Shown here: piece after piece, positions 55,525 to 64,000 of the stretch
How positions within the stretch are numbered: position 1 is the first letter of the stretch
Layout: each line of letters opens with the position of its first letter
Assembly: GCA_973895155.1 (NCBI GenBank)
Contig: OZ316892.1
Location: 25,629,233 to 25,693,232 of the forward strand
Direction: 5' to 3'
DNA length: 64,000 nt
Source: Marsupella aquatica
Lineage: Eukaryota; Plantae; Marchantiophyta
The notes under the pieces: generated by a model
The model's input: the letters and a program-made list of their open reading frames with translations, nothing else
What the model was told of the DNA's origin: nothing
Databases searched by the model: none
Program-made: the position numbers and the translations under genes

Positions 55525-58500
55525 ATGGAGTTGAGCAAGCACGACCTGGATACGATGAATGGACACAATGCCGTAGTACCAAAGGCGAATTGTATGACGA
55601 TGGCTGCTCCTCACTTGCTGATGGTGCCCTTTCCAGCCCAAGCTCACATGCTTCCTATGCTGAGTCTGGCACGCCAGATCGCAAGCCATGGGGGAATCAA
55701 AATCACCTACGTGTGCTTTAAAAGGCTAATCGATCGCCTCCTGGAAAGCGAACGCAATGTTAGTGATTCAATTCAACTTGTGGGCGTTCCAGATGACCTG
55801 CCAGGCTTCGATCCATCGAGTGAGCTCCCTCTGAATCCAACTGTACTTCGAAAGAGCTTGCAGCTAGGGTACTGCATGAGGCCCTTTGTAGACAAGCTGC
55901 TGCAAGACCAACACAACCTCCAAGGTCCCACTAGCATGATCACAGACTGGATGAATTGGTGGGGAATTGTACGTGTATCCTACTATCCCCTCATGTTGCC
56001 GTATGTCGTGACTTATCTTGTGCAACTCAATACAGAGTTTTCTCTTAACGTTTCAGCACTCCCTGATATCTAAACAGCACTGGTAAAGAGATAGCAATTG
56101 GAATCAAATGAACTTTGTCGGAATTGAGCAAGGAAGGAGAAGATCTCGCACGCTAGCTGTAGGTTATGATGTTCGCAATCCGGTTCAAGTAAGTCATTTC
56201 AAATTAAGAGGTTACTCGATCACGAAATGACTTCTGGATGTTATGGTACCACTGTCTGTGGTGTGCAGGACATTGCTGCCAAGTTGAGCATTCCCAGATA
56301 CATTCTCTCTGCCAATCCAGCTAATTGTTTGCAACTTTACTTGAACTGTCCTCTGAAAGGATACATTTTTGATGATACGGATAGATTCAGCCGGGTACCA
56401 GGAGTACCACGTTTTCAGATTCACCATCTTCCTAGAAATTGTCGGAGTGACTCCGACACACGAGAGGTATTTCTCACCCGGTGGTCCAAGTGTGCGCTGG
56501 AATCAGATGGAGTGTTGGTGAATACGTGCTTGGCAGTAGAAGCCGAAGTCATCAAGGCTCTCCCGGAAACAGTAAGTGCGTCTTGCCTTCAATCCAAGGT
56601 TACTCACTGGAAAGCAGAAATATTACGTCAACCCCAAGCTTTTCACACGTAATCGTTAGTGTACGCAATATTTCTATGTTCGATGAGTTCTCTAAATACG
56701 AAAAACTGTGCGATACGAGTGAAATTTCCCTTGGAAATTGAAGTGTCCCGTCTCAGCTGAGAAAATGATGTACGTAACTGAGTAGGGGAATCACGGAGTT
56801 TGAGGTAGACAGGGACATGCACTACTTGGAAAACTACTTAAAACATCGAAACCTTTGAAGTTAAACCAAACTTATCAAGAAAATGAACTTGAGGACTTGT
56901 TTATGTAACGCAACTTGACCGTAGTTATCCCATTCCCATTTTGAGAGTTGCGTGCCTGGTTTTCTGAATTAGAGAACTCTGAATCCCTTTCATTGTTCTC
57001 TATAATTCCGAGGGGAATAAGTTGCAATATACACAAACCATACAGGTACTACTGATTTAAGTTGGGCTTGTAAGTAATTAATCCAAGCTGGTGATACACT
57101 GGTCATGATTGCTATCTGGCATGCAGCTGCAGCGTGACATCCCAGTATTTCCTGTCGGTCCACTCGGGTTGTCGCCAGGATTGCTCTCAGAATCTATATC
57201 CGTGGAGGGCCTCCAGCTCGCTGACGAAAACACAATCATTGACTGGCTCAGTGAGCAGCCTCCGTTATCAGTGCTCTACGTCTGCCTTGGAACAACGGGC
57301 CTACGTAATTTTGCAATGCAGCATGTTAAGGAATTGGCAAGGGGACTAGAGGCCAGTGGCCAACGCTTCTTATGGGCGTTCCGAGCTCCTCCTGATGTGG
57401 ACGAGAATGACCCTGAATTGCTACCTCCCGGATTTGAAGAGAGAGTGAAGGACCGAGCATTGCTGCTAAAGGGTTGGGCCCCGCAGCTCAAGATTCTGGC
57501 CCATCCGTCTACTGCTGCATTCCTGAGTTCATGTGGATGGAATTCTGCAATTGAAAGTCTCGCCTTCGGTGTTCCAATAATCGGATGGCCTTCGTTTTCA
57601 GACCAGCCATGTATCGCCAGGTCAGTATTCGATGAAGTCCATCGGTCAGGGCTAAGGTTCTCTGCAATGCAGTTCTTCAATTCATGGTGTAGATGCATAT
57701 ATTGCTTTCTAAACGATGGTTTTTAATGTGACAAGCTGGAAAATACTGGGTTATGAGAAATAATGCTTATCATGCAGTAACCTGGACAAGTTGAAAGGAC
57801 ATGAAGCACGGAAGACTAAGGTAGAAAGCATACTCAAGATTGGTCTAGCGAAATGATCACTTCTGGAAATGGATCGGAGTACGTCCCTGAAGAGGTAGAG
57901 GTCTTGGGAAAAGTATAGGCAGCAAGGATCCTTGATGGAGGGTGCATAGGCAGCTAGAGAGAATACAGGTCTTCTACGAATCATGGCTTGCTGGAAAGAG
58001 GGTTGATTGACAAGACTGAGGGTCTCGTAGAGACAAAATGGGGGAATGATGCCTTTCTGATATCCTTTATTAGCTCCAGGTTGAATGTGAGAAAATTAGG
58101 CATAGCTGAAGGGATGAGATTGGCTTGGGAATGCTCCCTGGAGAGCTTCAATTAGTTTGAGGTTAGATGGGGAAAAATATGCTTAGCTGCAGACTAGAGT
58201 ATTTCGAGCTTGAATGACTGAAGATTCATGGTTAGCAACGTCGGTTAGCCTTCAGTTGGACATGCTTTTACTCCACTACATTTAACACACTCGGACTGCA
58301 CTCTGAATGACCAGATATTTGGAAGCGAGGTTGAAGGTGGCGATCACACTTCCATACAGGAAGGACTTTATCGTAGAAGCAGATGATTTTGCAAAGGCGA
58401 TTAATGTTGTCCTTCAATCTGAAGAAGGCACAGCAATTAGAGAGAGGATGGGGAAGTACAAGACCAGCATAGGTCTGGAGCTGGTCCCCGGTGGATCATC

Positions 58501-58588
58501 TCATGCAGCCATAAGGGAGTTTGCAAACATAATTAAGGGTGGGCCAGTCAGTGTCTACCAAGATTTATTTCATAAGTCATTCAAATAA
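55525..58588 (+). CDS. Family-1 UDP-glycosyltransferase (PSPG box), about 504 aa, 4 exons
   Basis: Exons 55525-55968, 56269-56571, 57127-57620 and 58315-58588 splice in frame. N-terminal HLLMVPFPAQAHMLPML (catalytic His) and ITDW. PSPG box WAPQLKILAHPSTAAFLSSCGWNSAIESLAFGVPIIGWPSFSDQ. C-terminal GGSS. Confidence 0.92.
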
Positions 58589-58863
58589 TTGTAGCACAAT
58601 CCAGCGTCACTGGAAGGAGATTCTGAAAGTACATAATTTGTAGATGGCGAAGATTTAGACGGCAAGGAGCTTTTTGGAAGGATTAACTGGGCCAAGAAGT
58701 GCTCAGGTGAAACTCAACACAAGTTCAGATTCTTTCTCACTTGTGGCCAGATAGGCAGTGACACTTATTCTTTTAAAGAACTTATTAAAGCTGTGAACAT
58801 TATAATTACTCACGACTCTGGCAGGTGGGTTAAATAGATAGGGCAGTGACACTTATTCTTTAC

Positions 58864-60263
58864 GGACCCCCATTAGGGGTCTCTTGCAAATTCTCTGCGA
58901 TGAGTTTGCACCACATCACCACAACCAGCCACAAACATGAATGATCCTACTTTTAACAATAACAAACGTGCACATTCCTGTTTGTGGCAAAAGCAATGTA
59001 ATTTTTGGGGCGCCATGCCGTAAATATCAAACGTAAAAAAATCCAAAATATAAAGGAAGAGATGTCATTTAATAAAATAAAGTTACCATTTTGATGTTTG
59101 TCAAGGATATATCAGTGTTTTATATCAAAATGTTTATAAATTAATTGTCATTCAGTAAAATAATTGTTTGCAAGTTTGAAAAAACAAATCGATTGTTGAT
59201 TCATTGGAAAACTCAAGATCAAGATTTAAAAACTCGTGAACTCTTTAGTATTGTCTTGATAAAATCTCTTAATGTCATAGTCATTGGAAAGCTAGAGTAA
59301 AATTAAAAACTCATCATCTCCTTGGTACTTGACAAAATCTATCAATGTTAGGTTCATTGGAAAACTAGAGAAATTCAAATCATCATGATCTCTCTAATTC
59401 TTGACGAATAATCTCAATGTCACACATTAGAAATCTAGAGAGATTCAAAACCTCATGACGTCTTTAGTACCGTGGCAAAATCCGACATGAAATTTGTCAA
59501 TGTCGGACTCAATGTTGGAAAGCTAAAAGAATTCATGACTCGTGATGAAAAAAATTATTCTCACTCATTGGAAAGGCAAAGAAATTCAAAAGCTCATTTG
59601 GAACTTGACAAAATTTGTCAATCTGAGGCTCATTGGAAACTCTTTCTTGATTAAGAGATATCACAATCTCGTCACCGTGACAAACTTAGCTGTTGCAAAT
59701 CAATTTTTTTGATTATGTCGCCATCGCTTGTCCACAATGCTTGCTTCTTGGCTTGAATTGTTCGCATTCCTCTAGTCTTCAACTGAAGCTCATTCTGAAC
59801 ACAGGTTGATGCCAAATGCAACCTCTATGTCAAAGAAAAAATTGTTGGTCTCTTCCTCGCACCATAGCTTTCTTAAATAAAAAAACTACAAATCCTTCAT
59901 GTAAAGTGATGGCTTGTTCGTTTTGTGTGTTCTTCCCACCGAATTGACAAGCACTCTTTTGCCAACAACTGAGTGTTGTCCTCCAGTTTGTCTTGTGACG
60001 GTAATGCTCAATGTAACTCACAAACAATCAATCAGGGAATGGTAGAAACACAATTTCTCTAATGTGTAAGCAAACACCGTCAAAAAACTCAATTCCTCCA
60101 CATTCAACTTTTGTTTGATAAATCTCTTCTATCTTTTGAGCAATTTCTTTTGTACGAGCACACACCAAGACCATCGGGAGACTCAAAACCGTCGGTTATC
60201 GCCTTGCTAAAAATTGATTTCACTTCATCACACACACATTCCCTGGATGAACATGGGGGGTCC
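58864..60263. mobile_element. Insertion in duplicated UGT 3' flank with short inverted ends and internal ~70-bp degenerate tandem repeats
   Basis: Ends GGACCCCCAT / ATGGGGGGTCC. The flank sequence (TAAAG..TTATTAAAGCT.TGAACATTATAATTACTCACGACTCTGGCAGGTGGG) resumes at ~60275. Repeats TCATTGGAAA.CTAGAG..CTTGACAAAATCT lie at 59195-59640. Confidence 0.45.
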
Positions 60264-61194
60264 ACGGATTAATTTAAAGACCTTATTAAAGCTATGAACA
60301 TTATAATTACTCACGACTCTGGCAGGTGGGGTAAATAATATGTCTGACTTCAATAATTGTAACAAACTTCTATGCCACACAAGTACATCTCTATCAGACC
60401 TATATCACAAAAGGTCATTCCTGTTTGAGTGAAAAAAATGTTCAAAACCTTTCGTCCAGAGCCAGATCTCTTGTTTGCAGGATAGCGCGGACATAGCATG
60501 CATGGGATGCATATATGCAAGAGCATATATCACGAAATTGAATTCTTCATTCCTTTTTAAGGAAGTTTGTGCGAGCAGGGCTTGGGGTGCACAGCCGATG
60601 GTGCAGTCCATGTTGTGAGAAGGCAGTGCATCGGTTGCGCACTGGACGTTCCCTCCCAACTCCCGACCAAGTCTGGGGACGCACCTCAATGTAGACTGTC
60701 TGAACAAATGGAAGATAATTTTCAATATTGCATGGCAAAGATTCATGGCACAATCGACTACTGTCTACTTTTTGGTTCTGTCTCGGTTTCTGTAATTCAA
60801 TCAAACTTCGGCCCACGACGATGCCCTTAGTCTCGATGATGTTTCGATGAGGGAGATCCATACAGATTTTATTGTTTGAAGGGGAAGTGGCCTTTGAGAA
60901 AGCCGCCCTAGGTCCCGACAGAGTCTACCAAAGCACGATATAGCTGGCCACTACCAAAGCACGATATATAGCTTGTCCGTTCTATTACATGCCTATTTTA
61001 ACTTATTCAAAATTAAAGAAATTTAGAGCAATCATATCTAGAAAGTAATATTTATATTAGTATTGTAAGATGTGTTTGAATTAAATAAATAGTTTACTTG
61101 CCTTTGGCTCAGATAGAACCTGTGAAATGGGCGGAGTATTCCCTAGGCAGCATTTAATGTTTGAATTAAATAATGTGTTTTATTGTCTTGGGTG

Positions 61195-61816
61195 TCGGGT
61201 TTGAATTTGCCCGTCAAATAGGCCAAAAAACACCGTCAAAACATGAAGTCATCAACCCGGTTTGGGAGAAGTCCGGGCCGGGTCCGGGCCGAGATCAGGA
61301 GTTCGGAAGAGGTTTGGTCAAGAAAAGACCGGGTTCGGGATGGGGTCAGGGTCGGGTTCGGGTGGGCTGGGGTGGGGTTCGGGGGAGAAGCCGGCGCGGG
61401 TCGGGAGAGGGTCGGGGGAGGGCCGGGTCGGGGGCCGTCCAGGAGAGGGATCGGGAGCCATTTGGGGCCGTTTGGGAGTCAGACTACACCCCCGGCCACC
61501 AACCCCTGAACCCCGCCCTCTTTCCCCCGACCTCCGACCCCCAACCAACACCCCCGACCCCCAACCCCAGACCCAGCCCCGACCGGCGTGGACCCCAAAC
61601 CGGGGTCCGGAGGAGTCCGGGGGAGACCGGAGGAATCCAGGGGGAGTCCAGGAAGGGTCCGGGGGAGTCTGGGAGGAATCCGATAAGTGACCAGGGGAGT
61701 CCGGGGGAGTCCGGGAGAATATGAGGGAATACACGTCAAACTGGTTGTTTTGGGGCTGTCATTTGACAGTTTTACGTGCCCGCAAGTCGTCAACTTGCCC
61801 GTCAGGTTAAACTTGG
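61195..61816. mobile_element. GC-rich hAT-like MITE, same family as 50582-51462, opposite orientation
   Basis: 8-bp TSD CTTGGGTG at 61187-61194 and 61817-61824. Subterminal TTGCCCGTCA motifs at both ends. Confidence 0.75.
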
Positions 61817-61833
61817 CTTGGGTGAGAGAAAAA

Positions 61834-62982
61834 ACACCAGGTTAATCAACACCGCATTAAGGCTCCCCAGTCTTCTTGGGGCCCGTACCCTGCCCGTCAC
61901 AAATCCCAAAGTTGCTGCCCGCAAACCCGCTTGACCGTCAATCACCGTTCTGGCAGACTCTAAATGTATTAGCCCCTGATCCGTTGACAGACAAAAAAGT
62001 TCCATTCTTTTTGAATTTGATGTGCTTTAGGACGCGGGACATGCCTAGCCTTGAACACCCACGTCTCCTTCTATTTTTGTCCCTTGTCATAATTCTCAGT
62101 TTTTGTCATGGTGGTTTGTTGTTTGCATTCATGTCACTGTTCTGGCAGCCCCGCGTTTACGCAACTATAAGGGTTGTCGCGTTGGTGTGACTGTTCTGGC
62201 AGCCCTGCAATCACCCAGTTATAAGGGTTGGCGCAATTGTGCACCTATGTTTGTTGCTTGCATTCGTGAGACTAGTTTGGCAGCCCCGTGTTTGCACAGT
62301 TGTAAGGGTTGTCGCATTCGAGTGACTGTTCTGGCAACCCCACGTTTACGCAGCTATAAAGCTTGTTGCATTTGTATGACTGTTCTAGCAGCCCCGCATT
62401 GTGAAGCTATAAGAGTTGTCGTAGGGATAGAACATAAATTGGAACAAACAAAAAATATAGAACTTACCATATTGGTAATTTGAGACGAAGCTGCTTGTTC
62501 CCTTGCTTTTGTTGTCCTCAAAGCCATAGTCCTTCTTCCTCTCTTCCTGCCGTAATAAATGTCCACCCTTATAGCTGTGCAAACACAGGGCTGCCAGAAC
62601 AGCCACACAAATGCGACAATTCTTACAGTTGCGCAAATGCGGGGCTGCCAAAATAGTCACACGAATGCAAACAACAAACCACAATAACAAAAACTGAGAA
62701 TTAAAACAAAGGACGAAAATAGTGGGAGACATGGGCGTTCAAGGCTAGGCATGTCCTGCGGCCTAAGGGGCTTCAAATTTGAAAAGAACCAAACTTTTCC
62801 GTCGGTTGATGGATCGGGGGCTAATACATTTAGAGTCTGCCAGAACGGTGATTGACGGTCAAGCGGGTTTACGGGCAGTAACTTTGGGATTTGTGACGGG
62901 CAGGGTACGGATTTGTGACGGGCAGGATACGGGCCCCAAGAAGGCTGGGGAGCCTTAATGCGGTGTTGATTTAACCCGGTGT
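61834..62982. mobile_element. Mutator-like foldback element with long TIRs and 9-bp TSD
   Basis: 61834-~62200 is the reverse complement of ~62570-62982 (ACACCAGGTTAATCAACACCGCATTAAGGCTCCCCAG / CTGGGGAGCCTTAATGCGGTGTTGATTTAACCCGGTGT). TSD AGAGAAAAA at 61825-61833 and 62983-62991. Internal ~53-bp repeats GTGACTGTTCTGGCAGCCCC. Confidence 0.85.
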
Positions 62983-63545
62983 AGAGAAAAAGCGACTCAT
63001 GTGGCACAAAAGGGGACAATTAGTGACAATACCTCGATGGAATCACGTATGGTGAGAGTACATGTACTTTATAAGGTACAATTTTTTTGATTCAAAAGAA
63101 GTAAATTTACTTTGAATCCCTCTATCTATTTTGAGTGGCTCTCTGTTTAGGTGACACACCTGTTGATAAACCATAAGCATTGTCATTAACCTTTCAACCA
63201 ATATAAATATCAAAGTGCCAAAAAGCCCAAATGCCAAACCGACGAAAGACAGTGAGGGATATATGCGAACAGGATACGGCATGGCTCGCAGAAATCATCT
63301 GTGTACACTTGCAAATATATATATATATATATCGTTGGATAGAGTACAACGGTAGTTGCCTAGTTGAGCCTGGAGAGATAAAACCTTCTCATGCAAATGA
63401 TGAGGAGTGCTAATAAAGAAAAAGTTGAATAAACTATTAAAGTGAAAATAATGCATGTGAGAAGCATAAAAAAAAATTAATTAATATAAAAATACACTGT
63501 AAACAATTTGAATAAGACAAGGTAGCCAGACTATGTTCTGCCATA

Positions 63546-63873
63546 CTCGGGGGGGTCACTATATGGAGGGTCATACATCGCGTGCGACGTTTTAGGGTTT
63601 GACCCCCCTAACTTTAAAGTGAAAAATATTTTTTTGCAAAGCCCTTTCTTTCTTAAAATTTTGTCATTTTTTATTAAAAAACCCCTAAAAACTTTATAGA
63701 AAGTATTTTTTGCAATTAAATAGGCCTATGTGTTCTTTAAAGTCGACCAATCAATAAAACATGCCCTATGTGTTCTTCCACCAAACTTTGGAAGTCTTCC
63801 GCCACACCCATTTAAATGGGCCTATACTTCGTCGCACGTGATGTGTCACTTCCGTGGAAGTGACCCCCCCGAG
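63546..63873. mobile_element. MITE, 328 bp
   Basis: ~44-bp imperfect TIRs CTCGGGGGGGTCACT..CATCGCGTGCGACG / CGTCGCACGTGATG..AGTGACCCCCCCGAG. TSD CTGCCATA / TTGCCATA. Confidence 0.75.
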
Positions 63874-64000
63874 TTGCCATATAGCAGCCTCAAAAAACTG
63901 GACAATTTAATAACAATCCTGGGCTCGGTATCCACTCACAAAAACCAAAGTGGGCTCGTGGGCCCTCGACAAGTTTTGCATTATTGTGATTACACATAAA

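Noticed and set aside
61173-61793. Gly/Pro/Arg-rich overlapping ORFs (also at 30963-31373 and 50445-50931)
   Set aside because: They lie inside GC-rich MITEs, and open frames on both strands reflect base composition.
63591-63690. TTTAGGG / CCCTAAA telomere-like heptamers
   Set aside because: They are single isolated copies inside a MITE, not an array.

Overview
Eukaryotic nuclear DNA from a land plant, with spliceosomal introns and plant-type genes; the repeat content suggests a seed-free or bryophyte lineage (inference). Five apparently intact genes are present: an A1 aspartic protease with a hydrophobic C-tail (2950-9035, +), a proline iminopeptidase (15710-19762, +), an intronless TRF4/PAPD5-type non-canonical poly(A) polymerase with a C-terminal 41-aa tandem repeat (24437-26992, +), a thylakoid-lumen 17.9-kDa-like protein (28349-30267, -) and a family-1 UDP-glycosyltransferase (55525-58588, +). 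Three decayed paralogs of that UGT are also present. The interval ~30.8-51.5 kb and the 3' end are rich in transposons. These include a 4.9-kb Mutator element with ~500-bp TIRs and a 10-bp TSD, several MITE/foldback elements with visible TSDs, tRNA-Pro-derived relics, and a TIR element full of CGATAAATTTATCG palindromes inserted into a minisatellite. The two best novelty candidates are the Mutator element, which carries a convergent second gene encoding an RNase H1-type hybrid-binding domain, and the TRF4-like polymerase with multivalent DERxLxDFWExxL repeats. All calls come from reading the sequence by eye; no searches were run.
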